DNA of 64,000 nucleotides from the human T2T-CHM13v2.0 reference genome, Homo sapiens (GCF_009914755.1 NC_060936.1); one strand, 5' to 3'. Counted from the first letter of the stretch, positions 26,122-43,194 are shown. Numbers and translations: made by a program. The notes: generated by a model from the letters alone, not told the origin.

Positions 26122-26944
26122 CTGACAGTTTTCCATAAAGAAGATGTTTAACTTAATCAATTAATTTTTTTATTGTTTAAAGCAACTGTCTATTTCTGCT
26201 GAATTTTCACATGAACATACTGGCTGGTGATGGAGGTTTCATACTCTAGATTTTGTTTTGCTTTTTCTGACTCCAGTGGGGCAAGATTTTCCTTTTTTAT
26301 ACACATAATTAAAGTGTCCATTGACATGTACAGAGAACTAACACTATTTTATGCAAATATTTTTTTGTAGATGAAAAAGCATGTACAGTGTTCTGTTTAA
26401 TACTCATCCTTGTATAAAAAAAATAGTTGAGCCAGCAGACATTGTCAGCAAATTAATTGGCAGCAGATTTTAGGAAATGAATGTGTGTGGTTTTTTTTCT
26501 AAAACTAAATAGCATGTATTGTGTCTTTTGCATGATGATCCGGATTTAATTTGATATCACAGTCTAATTTTTATTCATAAGCCAATTTTTCTGCACTGAG
26601 CAGAGTCTTGCTACCTCAGTCAGTATTGTTTTGGTTTGCTACTTCCCTCACCCACTTTGGCCTCCGTTCACCCCACCCCACCCCACCTCTCCCCACCTTA
26701 CCCCCGCCCCGCTTGGCTTCTTCTTTAGGATTGTGATGGTTCGTTCTGTTTACATCAGTTTTAACGAGAGGTATGCCTGTACTCGCTTGTGCAGAAAACA
26801 TTGTTCCAGATTCAATCGACTGGGTTTATGTCCCTTCACATAGTTTTTAAGGTTATTTATTTAAATGTCTAATGTATTTTATTGTAACAGACATTGTTTT
26901 GCCAACATTGCCTATTTCAGTGGCACGTCATCTAGTTTTAAAAA

Positions 26945-26950
26945 AATAAA
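26945..26950 (+). terminator. ATP2A2: Proximal poly(A) signal (short SERCA2b mRNA)
   Basis: AATAAA with upstream TGTA motifs and downstream tgtcttgtcttt. Confidence 0.75.
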
Positions 26951-27043
26951 ACATTTTAAATGGACAGAGAAAAATAACTGTCTTGTCTTTAACTCGTAAG
27001 TGGCTTACCTGGGACTAACAGACATGTCCAACTTTCTCTCCAG

Positions 27044-27063
27044 TTCTTAGCTCAGAACTTTAG
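27044..27063 (+). CDS. ATP2A2: SERCA2c alternative coding exon (VLSSEL*)
   Basis: Branch point gactaac 27013-27019 and ctttctctccag| acceptor; joining to the donor at 25972 gives G|TT CTT AGC TCA GAA CTT TAG. Confidence 0.85.
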
Positions 27064-28236
27064 TTGTACTCTGCTTGAGGGGAAGAAGGCTCCTGCTCTG
27101 CTGTGTAGGTAGTCATAGGAATTGTATTCTTAATGTACAGGCACTAATTGTCATCTGTGATGTACATTTTATGCAAGTTTCTGCTGGCCTGGTATAGAGA
27201 ACATAAGGGCAAGTGTGTATGTGTGTGTATGTGTGTGTTTTGTAAAATCTGTAAATAGCACATGACCAAATGAACATATTGTATAGAACTATTTTTATTT
27301 GAATGTGGCACTAACCACCACCACCGTTACTACGATCAATGTTTGCGCATGTTCGAGATGAGTCTCACCAACAGTGTGTAAGTCATTAACAGTCCTAACT
27401 GTGGTGTTTTCCTCCAATGCCTTCCAACATCCATCAACTAACGTGAGTATTTTCTTCCTGGGATTTGGATGCTTTAGCCTAAAGGTGACTGCCACCAAGT
27501 GAGATAACTGTATGTCACTAACTTATAAGCCGCCTCCATGGCAGATGCTGCTGTGCTCCCTGATGCCCTGTGAGCACCGGGGTTGCCTGTGGCGCCTGCC
27601 ATGTGACTCGGGCGCAGCATCAGCTGGCTGGAGGTGTGGCTTTCATAGACCTCCACAGGCTGCCTAGGACAAGATGACCAGGAGGGCCCAAGCCAGACAA
27701 AAGCCGGAGTGGGGAGAGAGGCATTTCAGCCAGACCAACAGGCTGAAGGAGCTGTGCAGACTATTGCTAAAATGAGGGTTCGCAGCTGCCAGGAGTCATC
27801 CCAGAACATTGCTACTTATTTATTAAAAAGCTAAAAACTAGTGAAAGCAAGTAACTGAACCAGTGAACTCTGGGTATCGATAGGTTCGTCTTAAATAGGC
27901 CACTTCCCCACTCCCCCACCCCCCCTTGCTTGGTCTTGTCCTTGGTGGCTAAGACTTAGCTCTGCAGGGGATGTTAAAGCACAGTTAGTAGGACGTGGCT
28001 CTGCACAGCCCAAAAACCAGCTTACTCCTTAGCCAGGGTGTGAGGCCTCGACTATATTCTTCAAAATGTACTTAGGCTCTGGTTACTGGGATGGCCAGTA
28101 GATGTAATGCAGATGGTTGGAGTTTGGGGAGGGTTAGGAGGCATCAAGCAGGACAAGGTGCTGCTGAGTTCAGAGGGCCCACGTTCAAGGGATGGAGGTG
28201 GAACCTGGAGACCGACTCTTAAAAGCACAGTCCGTG

Positions 28237-28361
28237 GTTGGGTGTGGTGGCTCATGCCTGTAAGTAAGTCTCAGCCCTTTGGAGGCCACAGCAGAAGGAT
28301 TGCTTGAGCCCAGGTACTCAAACCAGCCTGGGCAACAGAGTGAGGCCCTGTCAAAAAAAAA
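28237..28361 (+). mobile_element. FLAM/Alu monomer in the long SERCA2b 3' UTR / SERCA2a last intron
   Basis: Left-monomer sequence with A tail. Confidence 0.8.
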
Positions 28362-29942
28362 TCAGCCTTACTGTGAAGCCTCCAAGGCTGCTCGCAGGCA
28401 GCTGTGGCTCTCGGGAAGGGAGGCTGCTTTGCCCAGCAGGGAACATTTGGGGCAGGGGGTAAATTTTGCCAGTTTGAGCATCATGAGGTGTAACAAGAAA
28501 TGGGTTGAATGGGCCAAATGCAAGGAGTGCATCTCTGGGCTGCAAACTGACTTGAGTGCTGCACTATTGCTATTCCGTGCAAACAAAACTCAGCTTTTCC
28601 TGACTCAGTTCCTTGACTTAGTGGCCTTTACAAAAAAAGTTGAGTAGTGTGTGGCCTGCTGTCGCACAGCCCCTAGTTAGCTTCATGGTTTCTCAGCTTC
28701 AGACCCCTCCAGCCCACAGAGGAGCCCATGGAGGGACCCACTTCCCTTGGTCCAGACAGCTGGGAGTGGGTTAGGCCCACTGCTGTTTTGAGCAGGGCCA
28801 CTTGCTCCATTTCACTGAAGGCTTTGCTGGGTGAAAACACTTCAGCATCTCCTCCTCAGGTCAACCCATAAAGACCAGGTCCAGCACCGTGGTCTTGGCA
28901 CATCCCTGGCCTCAGGCCCTCACCTAACAGTGAGGCAGCAGCTGCCCAGCCCCGCAATGTGCCTGCTGTCAGGCAGCTCTTGCCTGAAACTTACTTCCAC
29001 ATTCTTTCCTGATGGGCAGGTGGCTGAAGGCCCAGCCATCAGTGTCGCTTGTTGCCACCCCGTGCCTCCCTTGGCCTCTCTGAGCTTTGCCCAGAAGACC
29101 AACAATCATACATACCCTAACTGGGACACCACTCTGCAGAATGCAGATGATCCATTCTGGAGGAAGCTGTCCCTTGAGCTCAGTGAGCTCCCAGGCAAGC
29201 AGGGCATCTGGCCGACTTCCCTCACAACAGCTGCTCCCACATCCCCTCGGACTGGAGCTTCAGCCCTGACTGAGGTGGGCAGACCTAAGACCTGAGACCA
29301 CAAGATTAGCTCAGTGTCTACCAAGCATCTAGCCACTGTCCAGGGCCAGAGCATACCACGTCTGCAGTGCCTGTGAGCAGAGCCAGCAGTTGCCCTGTGA
29401 CTGTAACCACCAAATTGTCCAAACACCCGCTGCAGTTAGCAAGAAGGGTAGGCTTCACCCTCCTTTACTGAGGAGAATGATGCGGAGGAGTTTCCTCTCC
29501 AGGGCTAGGCAAGGCAGGCGAGCAGCCAGAAGCCGGGTGCCCACAGGGCAGGGACAGGAAGGCTGTGCTGCTACTGGCTGCTCACTTCTCCATCAACCTC
29601 ACCCTCTGCACCACTAACCAAGACCTTGTCCTCTTGCCTGTCTCGCTGCTTTCACAGCTGCAACGATTGTGTCTGCCTCATGGGGTTTTCCTCCAGAGCC
29701 TTTATTCTGTAGCCAGACGACACGAGGAGTCTGTGTCACTGAGCCAGTGCTTCTAGATGCTACCCTGTGTGGGCGGCACCTCAGGGACAGTAAATCAGAA
29801 ATGCTGGTCTTGAAACCTTGAAAAGATCAAGCTGAATGTTCCTTTTCATCTGTCGCTGTTGATCTTCATCTATTTAAATAGGTATTCTAACGTTTCCTCT
29901 CTGTATTTCATGAAGCTGATTTCCTCTCTCTTTCCTTTTCAG

Positions 29943-29956
29943 CAATACTGGAGTAA
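29943..29956 (+). CDS. ATP2A2: SERCA2a terminal coding exon (AILE*)
   Basis: Long pyrimidine tract ending ttttcag|; G|CA ATA CTG GAG TAA. Confidence 0.96.
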
Positions 29957-30570
29957 CCGCTTCCTAAACCATTTTGCAGAAATGTAAGGGTGTTCGGTTG
30001 CGTGCATGTGCGTTTTTAGCAACACATCTACCAACCCTGTGCATGACTGATGTTGGGGAAAAAGAAAAGTAAAAAACTTCCCAACTCACTTTGTGTTATG
30101 TGGAGGAAATGTGTATTACCAATGGGGTTGTTAGCTTTTAAATCAAAATACTGATTACAGATGTACAATTTAGCTTAATCAGAAAGCCTCTCCAGAGAAG
30201 TTTGGTTTCTTTGCTGCAAGAGGAATGAGGCTCTGTAACCTTATCTAAGAACTTGGAAGCCGTCAGCCAAGTCGCCACATTTCTCTGCAAAATGTCATAG
30301 CTTATATAAATGTACAGTATTCAATTGTAATGCATGCCTTCGGTTGTAAGTAGCCAGATCCCTCTCCAGTGACATTGGAACATGCTACTTTTTAATTGGC
30401 CCTGTACAGTTTGCTTATTTATAAATTCATTAAAAACACTACAGGTGTTGAATGGTTAAAATGTAGGCCTCCAGTTCATTTTCAGTTATTTTCTGAGTGT
30501 GCAGACAGCTATTTCGCACTGTATTAAATGTAACTTATTTAATGAAATCAGAAGCAGTAGACAGATGTTG

Positions 30571-30578
30571 GTGCAATA
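30571..30578 (+). promoter_or_regulatory. miR-25/32/92 family 8mer site (GTGCAATA)
   Basis: Exact complement of seed AUUGCAC plus A1; SERCA2a is a known miR-25 target. Confidence 0.7.
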
Positions 30579-30722
30579 CAAATATTGTGATGCATTTATC
30601 TTAATAAAATGCTAAATGTCAATTTATCACTGCGCATGTTTGACTTTAGACTGTAAATAGAGATCAGTTTGTTTCTTTCTGTGCTGGTAACAATGAGCGT
30701 CGCACAGACATGGTTTCAGGTA

Positions 30723-30728
30723 AATAAA
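30723..30728 (+). terminator. ATP2A2: Distal poly(A) signal of ATP2A2 (a second AATAAA lies at 30603-30608)
   Basis: AATAAA followed by GT-rich gtgtggtggtgactgttctgtg; composition shifts to G-rich afterwards. Confidence 0.75.
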
Positions 30729-31619
30729 TCTATTCTATGATAAATTCTCAGTGTGGTGGTGACTGTTCTGTGGGAGGGGGACTGATGGGCACCAAGGGCC
30801 TCCACTCCGCACCCGGGCCTGCCCCTCTACAGGGAAGCAGGGGAGGCTCAGTCTGGGCAGGGTGGCCATGTGACTAGAGGGGACAGGAACCTCTTGGACT
30901 CGACTTCACAGTAGACAGGCTGACTGGCAGCAGGTCCGCCCATGTGAAGCCCACCCTGGCTCCCTACCCTTTAAGGATGGGGGAAGCTGAGTGTGTGTTA
31001 CCAGTGGGGTCTTAAACACACAAGGCCTCACTCGTCAGTGTGGTGAAGAAAGCCAAGACTCCGCGCTCTCCATTGTTAGCAGCCTGGAAAGATCTGGAGA
31101 CTAGCAATGGAGAGATGTTTCTTAGGCTGTTCAGATCCAAAACTTCCACATTCCCCGTTGTTGATAGGTATGGGATGGAGAGGTGAACAGAACTGAAGCA
31201 GCTGTTGGAATTCATTTGCTGGTTACTTTAGTGCTTATTTGGCAGTGATGGGTTTGGGATTGGGTTTTTGGTTTTGCACATTCCCTAAGATGATTCTTTA
31301 TCACTTTAAAAAATACCAGGATACAAGGATAGCTGGATGATTCTATAAATCTAATTTTTAAAACTATCAGTTCTGGGTAGGCACGGTGGCTCACGCCTGC
31401 AATCCCAGCACTTTGGGAGGCCGAGGCAGGCAGATCACAAGGTAGGAGATCGAGACCATCCTGGCTAACACGATGAAACCCCGTCTCTACTAAAAAAAAT
31501 TGCCGGGTGCGGTGGCTCACGCCTGTAATCCCAGCACTTTGGGAGGCCGAGGCGGGCGAATCATGAGGTCAGGAGATTGAGACCATCCTGGCTAACATGG
31601 TGAAACCCCGTCTCCACTA

Positions 31620-31820
<201 letters not shown>

Positions 31821-34800
31821 TTAGCTGGGCATGGTGGCAGTTGCCTGTAGTCCCAGCTACTCAGGAGGCTGAGGCAAGAGAATGAATGGCGTGAACGTGC
31901 CACTGCATTCCAGCCTGGGCGACACAGCGAGACTCTACTGATCAGTTCTGCTGATGGAGAAAAAAAATTTGATAAAATTTAACATCCATTTTCTAAAAAT
32001 TATTCCTATGTACCATTTATTATTAGAAACCAAAAGTGTTAACGCTTTAGAGTTGCATTCCAAGTCCACTCTTGCCCACTACCAAACACTGTTCTAGAGG
32101 TGCTAGTCAGTACAATCGGGCACGAGAAGGAAAAAATGCCTTGGAATGAACAAAAAGCGATCAGGGGTCATACTGGGTCAATGTTCCTAGACAGGAACTA
32201 TTTTGTTCCTAGTTAGAAATGTTTAATGATTCAGGGAAAATTGACAGCTGAATGGGAGTGACATATAATTCATACTGATATATGAGAATACCAATGGTGG
32301 CCTTAGGCCAATCCTAACAAACATCAGGCAGACAAAAACCAAGGAAGCACACCAAACCTCTTAAAGCTATGGTAATTCAGTGCATCACTTGAGAAGGGTG
32401 GTGTTTCAGCTTAGTAGGTAATAGTTGGATTATTATGTGGGGGGTCATCTTGAGAAAAATAAAGCTGTATCCCTTACACCCAATAAATTGCAAACGGATC
32501 AAAATACTTGGAAAATGCAACTATACCCCCAAAAGAAACATGGTTAAATGGTGTAAACGAGAGAAAACAAATAGCTCATGTGAAAAGATGCTCAACTCCA
32601 CTGGCAAATTAAAATCACGAGGTAACGTCTCGAGAAGTGGGTCTTCTGATGCCAAGGATGGAGCAGCTTGCGAGGATGAACTCTAGGGAATGACCGAAAT
32701 CACTCAGCCTAGAGGTGTTCTCAACACCCTTACCCCTGCCCCCGCCCCAAGCAGGTCCACTCCTAGAGAATCTCACACATGGGGAAGAGCCACAGCAGAG
32801 TTTTTGGAGAAAAATGAAACCACCAGCAGGAAAATGGGTGAGTACATTCAGGCATATTCAGATGATGCTCAGCTATGAAATAAGCTAGAACTACGTTATC
32901 AACCTAAATAAATCCTGAACAGTGAAGCCAAGTGCAGCAACATATCAATATGCACAATACCGCCTCATATCCTCTAAACGTGGCCCACGGGCCAGGCTGG
33001 CTGAGAGAAAGTGTGTACACCAGAGTGTACATCAACGTGGACTAGTACCAAACAGATTGGTAATGAGTTTGTGGACATCAGCCAGAGGCTGTGAAAGCCC
33101 GAATCGATAGTGGTTAATTCAGTGAGGGAGAGGGGCGGAGACGAGGAAAGGCAGATACTGCTTTACCTATCAGTAAGGAAAGTATAGACAGAGGTGTTCA
33201 TTATGCCTGTTTGCGTGTCAGATTTTCATTTTTGGGGAGGGTGGGAAGTGACAGTGTCCCAGGCTGGGGTGCAACGGTGCCATCATGGCTTGCTGCAGCC
33301 TCAACCTCCTGGGTTCAAGCGATCCTCCTGCCTCAGCCTCTTGAGTAGCTAAGACTATAAGTGCACACTACCACACCTGGCAAATTTTATAATTTTTGGT
33401 AGAAATGGGATCTTGCTACTTGCCCAGGCTGGTCTTGAACTCCTGGCCTCTAGTGACCCTCTCATGTCAGCTCCCCTAGTCGCTGGGATTACAAGCATAA
33501 GCTACCACACACAGCTCTCAGATTTTTAAATATCTATATCCTTTGATCAAGAACTTCACTTTCCTGAAATCCTCCCATATGTTCAAAAAGTATAATCCCT
33601 ACTGCACTCTTGTAGCAGAAGAGTGGAAATAAGCTGATGTTCATCAAGAGGCAAGAACTGAATAAGGTAGAGAGCATTCAAACCATGGAATACCGTGCAG
33701 CCTTTGAAAAAGACAAGGTACACGTGTGTACGAGCAAGGAATGATGTCTGATATACGTTGTCTGCCCAGGGAAATATTCAATTACAGAGCAGTTTGTATT
33801 ATAATCTACCATTTTTTAGAAACAGAAGGAAGTTAACAGTTTCTAGTAATGACAGTTGCTGAGAATAACAAAATGCTGCATATAGATGGCAGATGGTGGA
33901 AGCCAGGTCTCTCTGTTGGAGTGGGAGGAAGCAGAGGAAGCAAGGGGAGAAGCTAAGATAAGCAAGGGGAGGAAGCTAGAATAATCCATGTGGTAATGAA
34001 TTAGAGCCGGAGATATCAGGATGAAGTCATGTTTAGCTTCATATGTACGGATGGTTTCATATAGAAACACTGATAGTGGCGAGGCACAGTGACTCACGCC
34101 TATAATCTCAGCACTTTAGGAGGCTGAGGCAGGAGGATGAGGAGCCCAGCAGTTTGAGACCAGCCTGGGCAACACAGTGAGACCCCACATCTACAAAAAA
34201 TTTTAAAAATTAGCCAGGCATGGTGGTGCCTGCCTGTAGTCCCAGCTACTCTGGAGGCTGAGGCAGGAGGATCACCTGAACCCAGCAGGACAAGATCACA
34301 CCAGTGCACTCCACCCTGCACGACGCAGCGAGAGCCTGTTTCAAGAAAAGGAAAAAAGAAAAACTGCTGACTGTGATGTGTATATACACTGGTCACTACA
34401 CACATGCATTTCCTTGTACTGTCAGCTCAGAAGGCAATGAACACACTTGGCTTCCAGTGTTAGGTTTCTAATGCCATTCTCCAGTAAAAAAGGGCTCCTT
34501 GGAGAAATGGCTGATTCTAGAGATGGGACAGAAAACGTACAGTACGTGCCTGAAGAATACCAAAGCACCAGAAAGGAAGGGCTCAAAAACAGCAATCAAA
34601 GATGTGGTTATGTGAAAGGAACACAGGAGCCAACTGAAAAAGCCACAACAGCCGAAGAATGTGAGCAACAAAATAAAGCAGTATTGGACTAGAATCCAAA
34701 GTATAAATATCCATAAGTCCACGCTGACATAAACAAATAAATAAATGGGGGTGACTACAAATCTTCCATGCAGAATTCCAAGTAATTTACATGGACACTG

Positions 34801-35906
34801 CCTCAGGAGGTGGAGACTCACCTCCTCTGTGGGCTGTGCAATGTTCCAAAGAGTACATACAGTAGGGATGGGAAAGTGCCCGTCACTGTGGAGACCTGAC
34901 ATGCTACCTCAGCCAGGGGGCGTCATCTTGAAAGCATGGGCCCTTGATCTGAAGTGATGAAAATGGCATTTTACCTTTGTGGTCTTCCTCTCAAAATACA
35001 CAACCTCAGTCTAATCATCATCAGAAAACACCTGACCAATCCCCAAACGAAAAATCCCTGACTGGTATTCCTCAAAACTGTTGAGGTCATCAAACCAGGA
35101 AAGTGAGAAAAGTATAATCATCAGAATGTAAAAACGAATGGGGCCAGGTGCAGTGGCTCACGCCTGTAATCCCAGCACTTTGGGAGGCCAAGGTAGTTGG
35201 ATCACTTGAGGTCAGGAGTTCAAGACCAGCCTGATCAACATGGTGAAACCCCATCTCTACTAAAAATACAAAAAAATTACCTGGGCATGATGGTGCATGC
35301 CTGTAATCCCAGCTACTCAGGAGGCTGAGGCAGGAGAATCGCTTAAACCTGGGAGGCGGAGGTTGCAGCAGTGAGCCGAGATCAAGCCACTGCATTCTCG
35401 GCTGGGCAACAGAGAGAGACTCTGTCTCCACAAAAAAAAAAAAAAAAAGGCCGGGCGCGGTGGCTCACGCCTGTAATCCCAGCACTGGGAGGCCAAGGCA
35501 GGTGGATCATGAGGTCAGGAGATTGAGATCATCCTGGCTAACATGGTGAAACCCCATCTCTACTAAAAATACAAAAAAAAAAAAAAGAAAGAAAGAAATT
35601 AGCCAGGCATGGTGGCGGGCGCCTGTAGTCCCAGCTACTCAGGAGGCTGAGGCAGGAGGATGGTGTGAACCCAGGAGGCGGAGCTTGCAGTGAGCCGAGA
35701 TTGCACCACTGCACCCCAGCCTGGGCAACAGAGGGAGACTCCATCTCACCAAAAAAAAGAATAAAAAAAAGGTTGGCCAGCCTGGGCAATATAGTGAGAC
35801 CTCAAATCGGCAAAAAATTTAAAAATTGGCCAGGCAAGGTGGCTCATGACTGTAATCCCAGCACTTTGGGAAGCTGAGGAGGGTGGATCGCGAGGTCAGC
35901 AGTTCA

Positions 35907-36260
<354 letters not shown>

Positions 36261-36493
36261 CTAGCCTGAACACAGCAAGACCCTGCCTGTCGCAAAAAAA
36301 AAAAACAAAAACAAAAACAAAACAACTTCATGGTTGGATGTGGCATCAAAATTGACACAGCAAAATAATGAATGAGGCTGGGCGCGGTGGCTCACGCCTG
36401 TAATCCCAGCACTTTCGGAGGCCAAGGCAGGCAGATCACCTGAGGTCGGGAGTTTGAGACCAGCCTGACCAACATGGAGAAATCCCGTCTCTA

Positions 36494-36655
<162 letters not shown>

Positions 36656-37455
36656 TCAAAAAATAATAATAATAATAATGAAATGGTCGATGAGAATAAA
36701 TTAATTAGAATGCAGCAGAAGGTGAGGGTGGGGAGAAAAGGCTAGAAAACATGCAGGAAAGGTAAGATACCTAGAAGACAGACTGAGAAAAGCGACAAAG
36801 TCAAATATACATTTCACTACCTTCAAAAGAGGGCCAGGCACAGTGGCTCACGCCTGTAATCTCAGCACTTTGTGAGACTGAAGCTGGAGGATCACTTGAG
36901 CCCAGGAGTATGGAACAGTCTCGGCTACTTGGGAAGCTGAGGCAGGAAGATCACTTGAGGCCAGAAGGTGGAAGCTGCAGTGGCCATGAGTATACCACTG
37001 CACTCCAGCCTGGACCACAGGCACATGCTGTCACATCTGGCTAATTAAAAAAAAATTTTTTTTACTGGGTGTGGTGGCGCATGCCTGTGCAGCTACTCGG
37101 GAGGCTGAGATGGGAGGATCACTTAAGTCCAGGATACAGGATAACTAAAAAGAAATCCAGGCTAGGTATGGTGGTTCACACACGTAATCTCAGCACTTTG
37201 GGAGGCCCAAGGTGGGAGGGCTGCTTGAGCCCAGTACTTTGAAACCAACCTGGGAAACAGCAAAAAACCATCTCTACCGAAAAAAACAAAAACAAAAATT
37301 AGGTGGGCATGGTAGTACATTCCTATATTCCGCATTCCCAGCTACTTTGGAGGCTGAGGCGGGAGGATGTCTTGAGTCTGGGAGGCGGAGGTTGCAGTGA
37401 GCTGAGATTGCACCACCGCACTTCCCAGCCTGAAGGACAGAGCCAGATCCTATCT

Positions 37456-37491
<36 letters not shown>

Positions 37492-37669
37492 AGAGAGAAG
37501 TCAATCATTCCAGCCCTAGTAATAAACTGCAGAAAACCAAAGAAAATCTTAAGAGCAGTGGGGGACGGGGCAGAGGTAAATATCATCTTCAAAGGAGACT
37601 GACATTACAACAGTAACAATGAAAGCCAGAAACCAACGGGATGGCAGCTTCATGTGCTGAAGGCGATTA

Positions 37670-37870
<201 letters not shown>

Positions 37871-38033
37871 CTACTAAAAATACAAAAACTAGCTGGGCGG
37901 TAGTGGTGCACATCTGTAATCCCAGCTACTCAGGAGTCTGAGGCAGGAGAATCACTTGAGCCTGGAAGATGGAGGTTGTAGTGAGCCGAGATCATACCAC
38001 TCCAGCCTGAGCAACACAGTGAGACCCTGTCTC

Positions 38034-38065
<32 letters not shown>

Positions 38066-38357
38066 GAAACAGTTCTTCATCAGCAGACCCACACTAAGGG
38101 AAACTCCAGATGGGGTGGGTGTAAACAGAATTTAAATGATCTGAGAGCTTTTGTCATCCAAGAGGACAGACAGTAAAGACATCAGTTAACTTTAGGTGTG
38201 GATATGTTAAATAAATACATTGCAATTCCTAGGATAACCACTAAAGGAACAGAAACACAGGCCAGACTAGCATGCTGCCTGAAGGAAAAAAAGGAACCTA
38301 AAATTACAGAATAGCAAGGATAAGATGATAGATTCCAACCCCAAATATAATCAATAA

Positions 38358-38703
<346 letters not shown>

Positions 38704-39114
38704 TGATCCATCCGCCTCAGCCTCCCAAAGTGCTGGGATTACAAGCATGAGCCACCGTGCCCAGCCTAGCAATCTGTACTTCTGACAGGACTCCCTGCAG
38801 GGGGAGGAGAGAAAAACATGTCCAGTAGTCAGCCAGTGAGTGTTGGTAAAGTTTAAATTGGATGTTTTTCCATCAAAATAAGTAGAGGCTGGGTGCAGTA
38901 GCTCACACCTGTAATCCCGGTAATTTGGGAGGCCAAGGCAGAAGGATCACTTGAGCCCAGGAGTTCGAGACCAGCCTGAGTAACATAGTGAGAACCTTGT
39001 TGCTACAAAAAATTAGCCAAGGCCGGACACAGTAGCTCATGCCTATAATCCCAGCACTTTGGGAGGCTGAGGTGGGCAGATCATGAGGTCAGGAGTTCGA
39101 GACAAGCCTGATCA

Positions 39115-39399
<285 letters not shown>

Positions 39400-39570
39400 T
39401 CAAGAAAATAAATAAGTAGAAATCATAAAAATGTGTTTTTTAAGTTTGGAAATTACTCAAAATGCCTTGATTTGTGACTAAGAATGTACAAACTTTAACA
39501 TTTATTTTTTTTTATATTTATCAATCATAACCTGTTTAAGAAACAGATTCTATTGAAAACTGGGACTTAA

Positions 39571-39912
<342 letters not shown>

Positions 39913-40104
39913 TGAGTAGCTGGGATTACAGGCACGCGCCACCACGCCCGGCTAATTTTTGTACTTTTAGTAGAGACGGGGTTTCATCATGTTGATCAGG
40001 CTGGTTTTGAACTCCTGACCTCATGATCTGCCCACCTCAGCCTCCCAAAGTGTTGGGATTACAGGCGTAAGCCACGATGCCTGGCCACAGTTTTTTTTTT
40101 AATT

Positions 40105-40900
<796 letters not shown>

Positions 40901-41096
40901 TTATAAACTCTGCTGATGAACTGTGCAAATACAAAAGGGGGGTGGCATATGCATATCCACTTATGTGATTTCAAATTATTTCTGGAAAAATACATGAGAA
41001 ACTAGTAACTATGGTTCCTTCTAGAGAGGCAACTAGAAGGCAGGCAGGGTGGGGAAATTTCATAATTTCCCTTTTTGAAAATTGCTGTCTAGTCTA

Positions 41097-41609
<513 letters not shown>

Positions 41610-41665
41610 TCACGAGATCAGGAGATCAAGACCATCCTGGCTAACACAGTGAAACCCCGTCTCTA

Positions 41666-41698
<33 letters not shown>

Positions 41699-42618
41699 AG
41701 CCAGGCTTGGTGGCACACACCTGTAGTCCCAGCTACTCGGGAGGCTGAGGTTGCAGTGGGCAGAGATCGCGCCACTGCACTCCAGCCTGGGGGACAGAGT
41801 AAGACTCCATCTCAAAAAGAAAAAGAATTGTAAAGCACAACCATAAAGAAAAAGATTCAACTATATTAAAATTAAGACCCTCTGTTAACCAAAAGATACC
41901 ACAGAGAATGACAAGCCATAAACTGGAAGAAGATATTGCCAACTCATGTTCGAAATTGTATCTAGAATATACAAAGAATGACTATGAATTAATGAGAACA
42001 AGATAATCCAACAGAAAAGTAGGCAAAACAACAGGAATTTCAGAGAAGAGGAAATCATTCCTCTGCAAAATCGTTACTAAATATATAAAATATTGTTCAA
42101 TATTATTACAAAACAGGAAAATCTAAATTACAGTAACTATGTCATCTCACACACAGTGTATTGGAGAAAATTAAAGATTGATAATACCCAGTTAGTGAGG
42201 AAATGGAACAAAGTGCTGCAGGTGAGCATGTTGATTTGTACATTATATATTTCTGTAAAAATAAAATACATAGCAGAAGCAGTTTGAAACAAAAAGTTAG
42301 AAAAAAAAGTCCATCAACAGAATAAAATGGATACCTTATATCCACGCAGATTCTTATATTGCAATGAAAACTGAATAAGGCACCCTACAAAACCCTTGAC
42401 GAGTACTCCTCAAAACTGACAAAGTTAGTAAAAACAAGTGTGAGAAACTGATAGCCATGAGGAGCCTAAGGAGACATGATGACTATGTAATGTGGAATCT
42501 TAGATGAGATTCTGAAACAGAAAAAGGACATTAGGAAAAAAACTGAGTAAATCTGGGCCAGGTGTGGTGGCTTATGCCTGTAATCCCAACACTTTGGGAG
42601 GCCGAGACAGGTAGATCA

Positions 42619-42990
<372 letters not shown>

Positions 42991-42996
42991 CTACTA

Positions 42997-43194
<198 letters not shown>

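Larger units (their letters stand above)
29957..30750 (+). other. ATP2A2: Distal 3' UTR of ATP2A2
   Basis: Repeat-free AT-rich sequence between the SERCA2a stop and the distal AATAAA; 3' end approximate. Confidence 0.8.

Noticed and set aside
28831-29295. 154-aa ORF in the long 3' UTR as a possible extra SERCA2 tail or microprotein
   Set aside because: Starts at GTG, has no recognisable domain, and the nearby acceptor (28859) is out of frame with the 25972 donor; this length is plausible by chance in GC-rich DNA
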